In this document: piece after piece, positions 38,332-48,510 of the stretch
How the letters are laid out: the number at the start of each line of letters is the position of its first letter
How positions within the stretch are numbered: the stretch's first letter is position 1
Sequence record: SRR20825006_932
DNA length: 64,000 nucleotides
Reading direction: 5' to 3' (one strand)
The notes under the pieces: model-generated
The model's database searches: none
What the model saw: only the letters and a program-made list of their open reading frames with translations
Told to the model about the DNA's origin: nothing
Position numbers and translations under genes: made by a program

Positions 38332-39210
38332 CTAAATTACAATACCTATACTAAATAGAATCCCGAAAAGAGTCATGAACTTTGCAGTTTGTTCAAGTAA
38401 CGGATTTAACTTTGATTTATCTGTTTCAGTCCAAACGGTGTAAATATGAAAGATAGCAAGAGGTAAAACAAGAAAGGGTAAGTAAACCCAAAGCTTGTAG
38501 CCCAATTGAAAGTGAAAGTGTGGAGGAATTGCAAAAGCTAGAATAACCATGAGTGTATATTCGAGCTTTAATGTTCGTTCTCCAAATAATACTCCAAGCG
38601 TTTTTTTTCCAGCTTTCTTGTCTTGAACTATATCGCGAAGATTATTTACTACAAGTATATTTGTACATAAAGCGCCAACGGCTAGAGCGGCCCAAAAAGA
38701 AGCTTCAGACCATTCTAAAGTATTGACATAATAAGTAGTCATTACTGCTACAATCCCAAAAAAAACAAAAACAAAGACATCTCCTAAACCATTGTAGCCT
38801 AGAGGATAAGGGCCTCCAGTATAAAGTACGCCAAAAAGTAGTGAGGCTAAGCCAATTATGAGTACAATTGTTCCCCCTAGCCAAACAAGGTATAAACCAA
38901 ACAAGAAGGCTAGCCCCATACAAAGTATAGTTGCCGAAAGCATTGTCTTAGCAGGAATCAAACCAGCAGCTGTAGCCCTTTGAAATCCAATGCGCTCGTC
39001 AGTGTCAGCTCCTTTAATAAAATCGAAGTAATCATTGGCGAAATTAGTGCCTATTTGAATTAGAAAAGCACACATTAGCGCAACTATGGAAGCTGGCCAA
39101 TGAATGGAAGACTCCGACCAAGCTATGGATACACCAACTAATACAGGTACAAAAGCAGCCGCTAGTGTTTTAGGACGCGCAGCATCAACCCAAATTTTAA
39201 TAGAATTCAC
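38332..39210 (-). CDS. menA: 1,4-dihydroxy-2-naphthoate polyprenyltransferase
   Basis: ARPKTL, NFANDYFDF.KGAD, YTGGP, NNLRDI.QD...GK.TL; GTG start. Confidence 0.94.
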   Translation of the reverse strand: MNSIKIWVDAARPKTLAAAFVPVLVGVSIAWSESSIHWPASIVALMCAFLIQIGTNFANDYFDFIKGADTDERIGFQRATAAGLIPAKTMLSATILCMGLAFLFGLYLVWLGGTIVLIIGLASLLFGVLYTGGPYPLGYNGLGDVFVFVFFGIVAVMTTYYVNTLEWSEASFWAALAVGALCTNILVVNNLRDIVQDKKAGKKTLGVLFGERTLKLEYTLMVILAFAIPPHFHFQLGYKLWVYLPFLVLPLAIFHIYTVWTETDKSKLNPLLEQTAKFMTLFGILFSIGIVI

Positions 39211-39500
39211 AATAAAAAGGTAAAAAAGTTAAGTTTTCTCTGTGGAAAAGTATTTTTGTTAAGATAATGCTTTTTATGTCAGGCTAAAAAATTGAAGCTA
39301 ATTTCATATGAGACTAAATAGTTTAAGCTCATATTTTATGGAAGCGGTTTTCTGATGAATTTAATTAGTTAATATTTTAATTAGGCCTACATAAATTAAT
39401 TGTTGAAATTTAATTGTCTTATTTAATTGAGTATTTCTTTGAAAGTACGTTATATTAACACCGTTGAATTTTTAACTCGAAACATAATTTTCCAACCAAC

Positions 39501-40511
39501 ATGTCGGCAGAAAAACTAGAATACATTTGGCTTGATGGCCAAAAACCAACACAATGTCTTAGAAGTAAAACTAAAATTGTTCATGATTTTAGTGGAAAAT
39601 TGGAGGATTGTCCTCAATGGTCTTTCGATGGTAGTTCTACACAACAAGCTGAAGGCGGTTCTTCTGATTGTATTTTGCAACCTGTAGCTATCTTTCCAGA
39701 TCCTGCACGTAAAAATGCATATGTGGTAATGACTGAAGTTCTTAATGCTGATGGAACGCCTCATCCAACTAACGGTCGTGCTACTATTGAAGATGAAAAC
39801 GATGATTTTTGGTTCGGTTTTGAACAAGAATATTTTTTATGGGATCCTGAAACTGATAAACCACTAGGTTTTCCAGCAGGTGGTTACCCAGCTCCTCAAG
39901 GGCCATATTATTGCCCAGTTGGCGCAAATAATGCTTTTGGTAGAGATTTAGTTGAAGAACACATGGACATTTGTCTTGAGGCTGGATTGAACTTCGAAGG
40001 TATTAATGGTGAAGTTGCTGCTGGCCAGTGGGAATTCCAAATATTTGCTAAAGGTGCAAAATCTGCTGGTGACCAAATTTGGGTTGCTCGTTATTTACTT
40101 GAACGTACCGCAGAAGCTTATGGCGTTGCAATCAATTGGCACTGTAAGCCTTTAGGCGAGCTCGATTGGAATGGCTCAGGTATGCATGCCAACTTCTCTA
40201 ATTCTTACATTAGAAATGCAGCATCAGAAGAAAAAATCAAAAAAGCTTGTGAGGCTTTCCGTCCAGTAGTGAAAGAACATATTGAAGTGTATGGTGCAGA
40301 TAACCATCTTCGTTTGACGGGCTTACACGAAACTGCTTCTATTAACGATTTCTCTTATGGAGTATCTGATCGTGGAGCATCTATTCGTATTCCTTTAATC
40401 ACGAAACAAAATGGCTGGAGTGGTTACTTGGAAGATCGTCGTCCAAATTCTGCTGCTGATCCTTATAAAGTTGCTTCCCGAATTATTAAAACGGTTAGCC
40501 AAGTTTCGTAA
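39501..40511 (+). CDS. glnII: Glutamine synthetase type II
   Basis: 336 aa; LEYIWLDG, WSFDGSST, GFEQEY, INGEVAAGQWEFQ, DWNGSGMH, RLTGLHET, YLEDRRP. Confidence 0.93.
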   Translation: MSAEKLEYIWLDGQKPTQCLRSKTKIVHDFSGKLEDCPQWSFDGSSTQQAEGGSSDCILQPVAIFPDPARKNAYVVMTEVLNADGTPHPTNGRATIEDENDDFWFGFEQEYFLWDPETDKPLGFPAGGYPAPQGPYYCPVGANNAFGRDLVEEHMDICLEAGLNFEGINGEVAAGQWEFQIFAKGAKSAGDQIWVARYLLERTAEAYGVAINWHCKPLGELDWNGSGMHANFSNSYIRNAASEEKIKKACEAFRPVVKEHIEVYGADNHLRLTGLHETASINDFSYGVSDRGASIRIPLITKQNGWSGYLEDRRPNSAADPYKVASRIIKTVSQVS

Positions 40512-40540
40512 CATTTACGCTCACTCATCTAAGTAAATGC

Positions 40541-40573
40541 AAACCCCGCTTTCATCTGAATGCGGGGTTTTTT
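40541..40573 (+). terminator. Rho-independent terminator after glnII
   Basis: AAACCCCGC ... GCGGGGTTT followed by TTT. Confidence 0.85.
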
Positions 40574-40587
40574 ATTGTTGAAAGAAA

Positions 40588-40926
40588 ATGAAAGAAATAA
40601 CATGGCCTGAGTTTGAAGCAGTTGAGCTAAGAGTAGGCACTATTATTGAAGCAGAAGACTTTCCAGAAGCTAGAAACCCTTCTTATAAACTTAGAATAGA
40701 TTTTGGTGATGAGATTGGAATCAAGAAATCTTCAGCTCAAATTACACATCATTACACCAAAGATGAATTGGTTGGAAAGCAAGTTGTAGGAGTTGTAAAC
40801 TTTCCAAGAAAGCAGATTGGTCCTATCATGTCTGAGTGTTTAGTTACGGGGTTTTATGATGAAGAAGGGAACGTAGTACTTGCTAAACCCGACTCAAAAA
40901 TACCTAATGGAAGAAAACTAATTTAA
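40588..40926 (+). CDS. csaA: tRNA-binding / secretion chaperone CsaA
   Basis: LRVGTI, KKSSAQIT, VVNFPRKQIG, SECLVTG. Confidence 0.9.
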   Translation: MKEITWPEFEAVELRVGTIIEAEDFPEARNPSYKLRIDFGDEIGIKKSSAQITHHYTKDELVGKQVVGVVNFPRKQIGPIMSECLVTGFYDEEGNVVLAKPDSKIPNGRKLI

Positions 40927-41035
40927 TTGTTTCTGAATGCTTAGAATCATGAAAATTCAATTATAAGTGATTATTCGAAACTAGAGCCTATTAGTTGCGT
41001 AGCTGGGTATGTCTAAACTCTACATACTATAAACT

Positions 41036-42247
41036 ATGCAACAATTTCTAAAATCTACCTTTGTAGCTCTTCAGAATATCAAGGCAAATCCGCTACATAC
41101 CTTTCTATCAACTTTGGGAATCATTATTGGTGTGGCTTCATTAGTCGCTATCCTAACTTTAGGTGATGGTTTGGAGGAAACAGGGAGAAGACAAATTTCA
41201 CAAACTACTTCACTTCAATCATTCAGAGTTGCTTCAAAAACATCGAAGATTGTTAATGATGTAAGAGTAACCGTTGAAGATGCACCAAAGATAACCTTAA
41301 ATAATGCTCGTGAAATTCAGAAGAAGTTGGCACAAAGGGCAGTGATTGAATTTGTGGACTCCAAATCTATAGAAGGCTCATTTCAAGATTCTATAATGGC
41401 ATTTTACCTGCAAGGTAGCATGGAACTAGGTCTAGCCTTTATTTCTGATTCAATCAGAGTTGGCAGGTTTCTGACGGAAGATGAAGTCAATGAAGGTGCT
41501 AAAAAAGTGGTGCTAAGTTATGGATTGGCAGATAGGTGGGAAGATGATCCTGATATGCTTGTTGGAAACTTTGTAACTATAAATAATCAAAGCTTCGAAG
41601 TAATTGGAATTTTAGCAGAAACAAGCCAAAAAACGCCTAGAGCGCTTATTCCTATATCCGTATTTGAAGATGAGTTTGATAGCTATCCTTCAATAATAAT
41701 GAAAGTAAATAATATAGAAGAAATCCCTGAAATAAAAGCAGAGATGGAAGCTTGGGCTGACTCAAATTTTGAGCAAGGTAGAGAAGGGTTTTCTTTTTCA
41801 TCGAATGAATTTCGTATTGAACAGTTTGCGCAAGGAATACTCGTTTTTAAGCTGGTTATGGGTGCAATAACTGGTATATCAGTACTTGTTGGCGGAATAG
41901 GAGTTATGAATGTACTGTTGATTTCAGTTACAGAGCGAACAAAAGAAATTGGAATTCGAAAAGCTACAGGTGCAAAAAAGAAAGATATCGTATTTCAGTT
42001 TTTAGCTGAGTCTGTTACCATTTCGTTGGTAGGATGTTTGTGTGGTTGGCTCTTAGGTATTGCTTCAGTTTCCATATTTATTCCAATCGTTAACCATTTT
42101 ACGGATTTCGATTTTGAGGTAGCAGTAAAAGCGGGAACTGTAATTATAACAGTGGCTGTTGGACTTTTTGTGGGAGTTATTTTTGGAACTTATCCCGCAT
42201 GGCGCGCTGCACAACTTACCCCTTTAGACGCTATTCGACATGAATAA
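41036..42247 (+). CDS. MacB/FtsX-like ABC transporter permease (no ATPase domain)
   Basis: LSTLGIIIGVA, VGGIGVMN...SVTERTKEIGIRKATGA, QFLAES, YPAWRAA. Confidence 0.9.
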   Translation: MQQFLKSTFVALQNIKANPLHTFLSTLGIIIGVASLVAILTLGDGLEETGRRQISQTTSLQSFRVASKTSKIVNDVRVTVEDAPKITLNNAREIQKKLAQRAVIEFVDSKSIEGSFQDSIMAFYLQGSMELGLAFISDSIRVGRFLTEDEVNEGAKKVVLSYGLADRWEDDPDMLVGNFVTINNQSFEVIGILAETSQKTPRALIPISVFEDEFDSYPSIIMKVNNIEEIPEIKAEMEAWADSNFEQGREGFSFSSNEFRIEQFAQGILVFKLVMGAITGISVLVGGIGVMNVLLISVTERTKEIGIRKATGAKKKDIVFQFLAESVTISLVGCLCGWLLGIASVSIFIPIVNHFTDFDFEVAVKAGTVIITVAVGLFVGVIFGTYPAWRAAQLTPLDAIRHE

Positions 42248-42249
42248 GA

Positions 42250-42285
42250 ATTCACCTAAAAGAATAAAAATTCCTTTAGGTGAAT
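42250..42285. terminator. Hairpin between convergent genes
   Basis: ATTCACCTAAA ... TTTAGGTGAAT, 11-bp stem. Confidence 0.65.
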
Positions 42286-42295
42286 GGGAAATAAT

Positions 42296-42682
42296 CTAAT
42301 TTTTTCTGCGGGATCGACGTTCAGGGGCTTGAAAGAATTCAGATTCAATTTTTTCAAACTTCTTAATCTGGTCAGCATCTAAGAAAGCTTTTAGTTTAGT
42401 AATAGTTGTGCTATTGGCTTCTTCCATATCTTCTTTAGAAGGTCTAGTTCCTGGCTTCATATTTTTCTGCATAGTTTCAAAGTAACTCGCAAAAATAGTT
42501 TTAGAGGATTCTTTTTGATTTTCTGAAAGTGATACCACTTTATCTAGCTTCTCTACTAGTTGATCAACACGTTCTTCTGCTGATGGCATTGCAGGTCTAT
42601 TTCCACCACCTGGAGGTTGTGCAAATAATGAGCTAGTCATTAAAGTTAACACTAATACGAGTATGTTTTTTGTAGCAGTCAT
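42296..42682 (-). CDS. Periplasmic helical protein, Spy/CpxP (LTxxQ)-like
   Basis: Signal peptide SLFA|Q, Gly/Pro stretch, LSENQ and LDADQ motifs. Confidence 0.65.
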   Translation of the reverse strand: MTATKNILVLVLTLMTSSLFAQPPGGGNRPAMPSAEERVDQLVEKLDKVVSLSENQKESSKTIFASYFETMQKNMKPGTRPSKEDMEEANSTTITKLKAFLDADQIKKFEKIESEFFQAPERRSRRKN

Positions 42683-42847
42683 CTCTTTTGAATTGGTTAT
42701 TGGTTACAAACATAGACGATGAATAATGCGAAAACTTGCTACCGATTTACTTAATTGGGTAACATTAACATGTGAACATCTTTTACACTAATTATGTGTT
42801 AATTTCTGGATGAGAAAAACTCAATGCTTTGAAAGTACTGGTCCACA

Positions 42848-43414
42848 ATGAAGATCTATTTGCTAACTCTTATTTTAATAGTCACACACTTTGGTTCGTT
42901 ACAGGGCCAATCGACTAATCGTGATGAAAAATTAAAGACAGAACTTAATCAAGAGATTAAAGAACTGGTGGCTTTTCAGGAGAAGGTTGATGAATTCTTG
43001 TATGCTATTGAAGGGGAAGATATTTCTCAAGCTAGAAGGATGAAGTCGGATATATTACAGGCTATGAAAGAAGAAATCCACAAATCGCAAGCAAAGGTAA
43101 GAGAAGGGCAAAGAGAGTTGAGTGAAATTAGCCAAAAAAAAGGTACTACAAGCAATAGTCGTTATTCTCGAAATGGAGCTTCTGAAAATATTACAATTGA
43201 GCGCTACTATGTTACAAGTAAAAAGGATTTAGATGAGCTAAAAAACCGTTTAGCATTGCAGATAAAAATAGCGTCAAAACTTAGAAATCTGTATCTCGAC
43301 AACTCCATCAACTATAGAAAAAAAGCACGTGAACACGAAGGTTTAATGCACGACTTTGAACGTACTATGAAAGCTGATATCGAACAACTTGGAAAAGGTT
43401 ACTGGAGAAAGTAG
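42848..43414 (+). CDS. Hypothetical secreted coiled-coil protein
   Basis: 188-aa ORF, signal peptide, charged helical sequence. Confidence 0.65.
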   Translation: MKIYLLTLILIVTHFGSLQGQSTNRDEKLKTELNQEIKELVAFQEKVDEFLYAIEGEDISQARRMKSDILQAMKEEIHKSQAKVREGQRELSEISQKKGTTSNSRYSRNGASENITIERYYVTSKKDLDELKNRLALQIKIASKLRNLYLDNSINYRKKAREHEGLMHDFERTMKADIEQLGKGYWRK

Positions 43415-43431
43415 GCGCTTGAGATAAATTC

Positions 43432-43710
43432 CTAAGTAAGTTTTTGTAGCTCTGGGTACCTACTAAATACGGATTTCGCATAAGGACAAAGAGGCAATAC
43501 TTTGAGATTGTTTTGTTCGGCAAATTCAGCAACATGGAAAACTAATTTTTTTCCTAAACCTTCATTACGATGTTCATCAGAAACTCCAGTATGATCAATA
43601 ATTATTCTACTAGAACCTGCTTTTGAATAGGTGATTTCCGCAATTCTGGTCGAATTACTCTCAATAAAGAAAGCTCCTTTTGTCTCTGATTCTTCATGTT
43701 GGATATTCAT
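43432..43710 (-). CDS. YjdJ-type small GNAT acetyltransferase
   Basis: IIIDHTGV, GLGKKLV, KVLPLCPYA. Confidence 0.9.
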   Translation of the reverse strand: MNIQHEESETKGAFFIESNSTRIAEITYSKAGSSRIIIDHTGVSDEHRNEGLGKKLVFHVAEFAEQNNLKVLPLCPYAKSVFSRYPELQKLT

Positions 43711-43778
43711 TCGTTGAACTCTTTAATTGTTTATATATTTAGAACCACACTCGCTAATAGGAAAGTAAGATTTATATT

Positions 43779-44639
43779 TTGAATAAAATACTCATACTAA
43801 TTGTAGCTCTAACTGGTGTCTATTCACATTCAGTTTATGCTCAGTTTAATATATTCGGAAATAAGAAAGAGAAACTGAAAGCTTATGATAAAATTGAGAA
43901 ATTGGCAAGAAAAGAGGTTTCTGGGATGGTTATGAGTAAGAATAATTCAGAAGTATTTTGGATACATGGCGATTCAGGTACGAAGAATAAAATCTATGCC
44001 ATAAATAGATCTGGAAAATTGGTAGAGGAGGATGGGCTTCAGCTCAAAGGAATAAAGAATAAAGATTGGGAAGATATTACCTCAGATGATGAAGGAAATA
44101 TAATTGTGGCAGATATTGGTAATAACTGTAAATGTAGAACCGACTTATCTCTTATAATAGTTTCTGATGTTGATGAAGGGCTTTCTGAAACAGAGAATTT
44201 TAAAATTCTAAGAATAGAGTATCCGAAAAAGAATAGTATCCTGAAATTGGTTGGCAATTCTAGTCCAAATGCAGAGGCAATCTTCTATTTAGATGGCATA
44301 TACATAATAACGAAGGAAGCGAGGGGTAGAAATACTAAGTTGTATAAACTAGAAAGTCCTGACTTTACCAAGGTCAATATGTTGGTAAATATTGAAAGTT
44401 TTGATTTTGGGAATAAGGTGACCGCTGCTGATGTTTCCCCAGATAAAAAGCTATTAGCTGTATTAACGGATAAATCGCTTAGAGTTTTTGAGATTAATAC
44501 ACCTACTTCGTTCTTTGAAAAAGAGGTGTTTTCAGCCGATTTTAAAGCGGACCAAGTAGAAAGTGTGGCGTTCGACTCTGATAGTAGTGTTATTATTGCA
44601 GAGGAAAAAGGAGATTTATATCGAGTAAAGCTGTTTTAA
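43779..44639 (+). CDS. Secreted beta-propeller-like conserved protein
   Basis: EVSG, HGDSG, DWEDI, ADIGNN, AEA, VTAADVSPD, QVESVAF; TTG start. Confidence 0.7.
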   Translation: MNKILILIVALTGVYSHSVYAQFNIFGNKKEKLKAYDKIEKLARKEVSGMVMSKNNSEVFWIHGDSGTKNKIYAINRSGKLVEEDGLQLKGIKNKDWEDITSDDEGNIIVADIGNNCKCRTDLSLIIVSDVDEGLSETENFKILRIEYPKKNSILKLVGNSSPNAEAIFYLDGIYIITKEARGRNTKLYKLESPDFTKVNMLVNIESFDFGNKVTAADVSPDKKLLAVLTDKSLRVFEINTPTSFFEKEVFSADFKADQVESVAFDSDSSVIIAEEKGDLYRVKLF

Positions 44640-45139
44640 GAAGCTTCGGTTATCTCTTTGGTACTTAATTTATGTTCTTCAGAATAGTTGAGTTGTAGTA
44701 GTTTTATAGTCTTAGCTTTTGTAGGGAAATCTTTAATAATAATTATAAAAGCAAGACCAGCAATTACCAAGAAGGCGATATGTAATGATGCCATGAAAAA
44801 TGCGAGGGCAAAGAAAGCTGAAAAGTCAATTAACAAGCCACTTGCTAAAAGCCCTTTTCTGTAGAATTTTAATTTTCCAATAAGGTCTTGCTCATTAAGT
44901 GCTTTCTCGAGGGCTTTTTTTAGAATCAACTTTCCACCAAAAGAAGAGACAATCATCAATAAAGAAGAAATTCCCATCATGTTGAATATAAATCTCTCAG
45001 GAATCTCAACAAGAGGAATGATATCTAAAAAGAATAGGATTATTAATACAAAGCCAAAGTTTGTAATACCAAGTATTAGTGCTCCGTATAAAACTTGAAT
45101 AGCTTGTAAAGTTTTAGGTGTTGTTTGTTCTTTTGACAT
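44636..45139 (-). CDS. Hypothetical membrane protein
   Basis: 3-4 TM segments, FPT motif; starts 4 bp after the menB stop. Confidence 0.7.
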   Translation of the reverse strand: MSKEQTTPKTLQAIQVLYGALILGITNFGFVLIILFFLDIIPLVEIPERFIFNMMGISSLLMIVSSFGGKLILKKALEKALNEQDLIGKLKFYRKGLLASGLLIDFSAFFALAFFMASLHIAFLVIAGLAFIIIIKDFPTKAKTIKLLQLNYSEEHKLSTKEITEAS

Positions 45140-45143
45140 TGAA

Positions 45144-45980
45144 TTACGAGGGGCTTCTTTTAAATGTATCCCAATTTGGTTTTCTTTTTTCTAAGAAAGC
45201 TTTTTTCCCTTCTTCGGCTTCTTCAGTCATATAAGCTAAACGAGTTGCTTCTCCTGCAAAAATCTGTTGTCCAACTAAACCATCATCAATAAGGTTGAAA
45301 GCGAATTTCACCATTTTGGTAGCGGTGGGGCTTTTTTCCAATATCTCTTGTGCCCATTGGTAAGCTGTGTCTTCAAGTTCATTATGAGGAATAACTGCGT
45401 TTATCATTCCCATATCGAAAGCTTCTTGGGCTGAATAGTTTCGTCCTAAAAAGAAGATTTCTCGGGCACGTTTTTGCCCGATTTGGCGAGCAAGTAAAGC
45501 CGATCCAAAACCGCCATCAAAGCTAGCTACATCGGTATCAGTTTGTTTAAAGATAGCATGCTCCTTGCTCGCTAAGGTGAGATCGCAGGTTACATGAAGA
45601 CTATGTCCGCCTCCAACAGCCCAGCCGGGAACAACCGCAATTACCACTTTGGGCATAAAGCGAATCAAACGTTGCAATTCGAGTACGTTTAACCGAGGAA
45701 TGCCATCATCGGCTTGGTATCCCGTTTTTGTACGAACATTCTGATCGCCACCTGAGCAAAATGAATACTTCCCATCTTTAGAAGAGGGACCTTCGGCACT
45801 TAAAAGTACAACTCCAATATCGTTGTCTTCTTTTGCATCAGAGAAAGCTTCATACATTTCGAATAGCGTTTTAGGCCGGAATGCATTCCTTACATCAGGT
45901 CTGTTAAAAGCGATACGGGCAACGCCATTGCTCTTTTTATAGGTAATATCTTCGTATTGTTTTACAGTAGTCCAATTCAT
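45144..45980 (-). CDS. menB: 1,4-dihydroxy-2-naphthoyl-CoA synthase
   Basis: RNAFRP, FCSGGDQ, GGGHSLH, SFDGGFG, GQKRAREIFFLG. Confidence 0.96.
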   Translation of the reverse strand: MNWTTVKQYEDITYKKSNGVARIAFNRPDVRNAFRPKTLFEMYEAFSDAKEDNDIGVVLLSAEGPSSKDGKYSFCSGGDQNVRTKTGYQADDGIPRLNVLELQRLIRFMPKVVIAVVPGWAVGGGHSLHVTCDLTLASKEHAIFKQTDTDVASFDGGFGSALLARQIGQKRAREIFFLGRNYSAQEAFDMGMINAVIPHNELEDTAYQWAQEILEKSPTATKMVKFAFNLIDDGLVGQQIFAGEATRLAYMTEEAEEGKKAFLEKRKPNWDTFKRSPS

Positions 45981-46798
45981 GGTAGGCGGTTATTTTCAAT
46001 AAAATCTCTAATTACGGAAATATAGGTTTCTGGTTGGTCTAAATGAACACGATGACCAGAATCTTTTATAACGTCAAGGTGCGCTTCGTTTAAGTCTTTT
46101 AGCATGGCGTTCATAATACCGACAAATTTAAAATCTTTGGATCCTGCTATTAGTTGTACCTGGGTGGGGATACTTGCTAGTTTCTCTTTTACACAAGGCA
46201 TAGATCCTGTTCCAAAGCCTAACAAACTATTGTTCATCCAAAGTGGATTTTGAGCTTGCTGGATTTTGAGATGTTGTGATTCTGTGTCAGTATTTTGAGA
46301 GGATAAATTAAACATGGGCATTGTTCTCCAAGTATCTAAGAACTGTTCAAAATTTCCCATAATCGAGTCAGCTCTTGTAGCATCTAATTCTTGTCGAGCT
46401 TGGCGCTCCTGTTTACTTTCAATGCCAAAAGTTGTGCTTTCAAGTATTAACCCTTTGTAAAGGTCTGATCGGTGCAAGGCTAATTGCAGCGCTAGTCGGC
46501 CACCCATACTATATCCCAGAAGAAAAAGGGGAATAGGAAGTTGCTCGTTAATGAGCTTGTTTAAATCAGCAATCTGTTCCTTGGCGGAAAACCTATAATG
46601 CATCTCTGATCCTTCAGTTTCGCCATGTCCAAGTAAATCGATAGTAATGGGGTTACAGAATGTTTTGAGACTTGGAATTAACTCATGAAACGATTTTCCA
46701 CTTCCTAAAAAACCGTGAAGCAACACCAAGTTAGGTAGCTCATCATTTTCTTGATGTATTTCAAAGTGATAGCTAATACCTCTAACTTTTACAATCAT
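45977..46798 (-). CDS. menH: SHCHC synthase
   Basis: LHGFLG, DLLGHG, GYSMGGR, SGHRVH; between menD and menB. Confidence 0.88.
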   Translation of the reverse strand: MIVKVRGISYHFEIHQENDELPNLVLLHGFLGSGKSFHELIPSLKTFCNPITIDLLGHGETEGSEMHYRFSAKEQIADLNKLINEQLPIPLFLLGYSMGGRLALQLALHRSDLYKGLILESTTFGIESKQERQARQELDATRADSIMGNFEQFLDTWRTMPMFNLSSQNTDTESQHLKIQQAQNPLWMNNSLLGFGTGSMPCVKEKLASIPTQVQLIAGSKDFKFVGIMNAMLKDLNEAHLDVIKDSGHRVHLDQPETYISVIRDFIENNRLP

Positions 46799-48510
46799 GG
46801 AGAGGCCTCACTTGAAAAATTCCATAATTTATGTCGTTCTAGCATAGAGTCGTCTGCATCGGTTAGGCATTCAATAACTTGAATGCCTTTTTTTTCAATG
46901 GCTTGCTCAAAAGAGGTTATGAGTTGCTCTGGGCGAGTTACCAGAGTGTGAGCTACACTATAAGCTCTGCAAAGAGAAACAATTCGAACACTTTGGGGTG
47001 TTTCAAAATAAGTTCGATGTTTTTCTTTAAGTTTATATACAGGCAACATTCGAAAGATTGTACCACCACCATTATTCAAAATAATAATTACGAGCGGACG
47101 GTTAACATATTCTTTACTTAACAAAGCGTTTGAGTCGTGAAGAAATGCAATATCTCCAATAAAAAGAACTCCTGTTTTGTCAAGCACTTGGCTTAAACCA
47201 ATAGCAGTGGAAGTGATTCCATCAATTCCTGCGGCACCTCTATTCACATAAAGTTCTTTATCTTTATAATTTCCAAAAAGTGCCATATCACGAACGGGAA
47301 ACGAGTTCGAGAGCATTGAGAAATTTTTCTTTGGTAGGAGTTTTGTTAGAGTTGTGAAGACGTAGCCATCGGTTAGGGGCGTAGAAGGTTTAATCTCTGT
47401 TTCACGATAAGATTCAAAGTTATTCTCAATTTTCTTCCAAGCCTTAAGCCAACTAGATTGAGCTGCACCCGTTATGTCTGGAATCTGCAGATTTCCAGTT
47501 AAAGGTATGTGCTTATCTGGAACAGTGTCTCCATCTTGCCAACTAGTAGAGTGGGTAAAATGAATTTGGATAGAATCGTTATTAGCTTCTAAAAAAGTTT
47601 GTCCCGCCCTAGTTATAGGAGCTGCACCAAAGCGAATAATCAAATCTGGAGTTAATTCATTTATAATATCATCATTTCTTAAAAAGCCAGCGTGTCCAGT
47701 TATGGTATGCTTGGAATTTGGAATATTAGAACCTGGTTCAGCTAAAATAGGCGCCTTTAGAATCTTTGCTAACGGAAGAATAAATGGTATTTCTTGATGC
47801 TTATTAAGTGGCCCAACTATTATGACTGGGCGTTCTGCTGAAACCAACTGTGACCAGAATTTTTCACCAAGTGTGGTATCTCCTTGCTCAGAGTTATAGT
47901 CGGTATTAGAGCGCTCTACATGTCTAGAGTTCTCGTCTTCAATTTCATTTAAAAAATCTGCATCAGGTTCAAGTGGTTTGCTAAAAGGAAAATTAACATG
48001 TGCCACACCTGATTGAGATGTTGAGTAATAATAAGATTGCTTTGCAGCAGTTTCTATCCGTTTAAGCTTTGGGAACTCCGAAGAAGGTTCTCCAGCATCA
48101 TGAAAAAAGACCGTTTGGTTCCCAAATATCTTGAGTTGATCTATTGTTTGAGATGCTCCAACTCCACGAAGATGTGGTGGACGATCGGCACTGGCAATAA
48201 TCATCGGTATTCCGGAATTAGTAGCTTCAAAAACAGCAGGCGCATAATTGGCCAAAGCAGTACCAGAGGTGCATACTAAAACACTAGGTTTCCCAAATGC
48301 TTTTGCTTGTCCAAGAGCTATAAAAGCGGCTGAACGTTCGTCAATAGCAATAGTCTTATGGAAACCAGGGTGAGATGAGAAAGCAAGGGTAAGCGGAGTA
48401 GAACGAGAGCCAGGAGAGATTACGACCTGTCTAAGACCTTCTTCGTACAAAGTTCGAACGAAGAGGGTTGACCAGTAAAAAGCGAGATTCTGAGGATCAT
48501 TTACCTGCAT
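46795..48510 (-). CDS. menD: SEPHCHC synthase
   Basis: SPGSRSTPL, DERSAAF, CTSGTA, NRGAAGIDG, GDIAFLHD, NNGGG. Confidence 0.96.
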   Translation of the reverse strand: MQVNDPQNLAFYWSTLFVRTLYEEGLRQVVISPGSRSTPLTLAFSSHPGFHKTIAIDERSAAFIALGQAKAFGKPSVLVCTSGTALANYAPAVFEATNSGIPMIIASADRPPHLRGVGASQTIDQLKIFGNQTVFFHDAGEPSSEFPKLKRIETAAKQSYYYSTSQSGVAHVNFPFSKPLEPDADFLNEIEDENSRHVERSNTDYNSEQGDTTLGEKFWSQLVSAERPVIIVGPLNKHQEIPFILPLAKILKAPILAEPGSNIPNSKHTITGHAGFLRNDDIINELTPDLIIRFGAAPITRAGQTFLEANNDSIQIHFTHSTSWQDGDTVPDKHIPLTGNLQIPDITGAAQSSWLKAWKKIENNFESYRETEIKPSTPLTDGYVFTTLTKLLPKKNFSMLSNSFPVRDMALFGNYKDKELYVNRGAAGIDGITSTAIGLSQVLDKTGVLFIGDIAFLHDSNALLSKEYVNRPLVIIILNNGGGTIFRMLPVYKLKEKHRTYFETPQSVRIVSLCRAYSVAHTLVTRPEQLITSFEQAIEKKGIQVIECLTDADDSMLERHKLWNFSSEASP

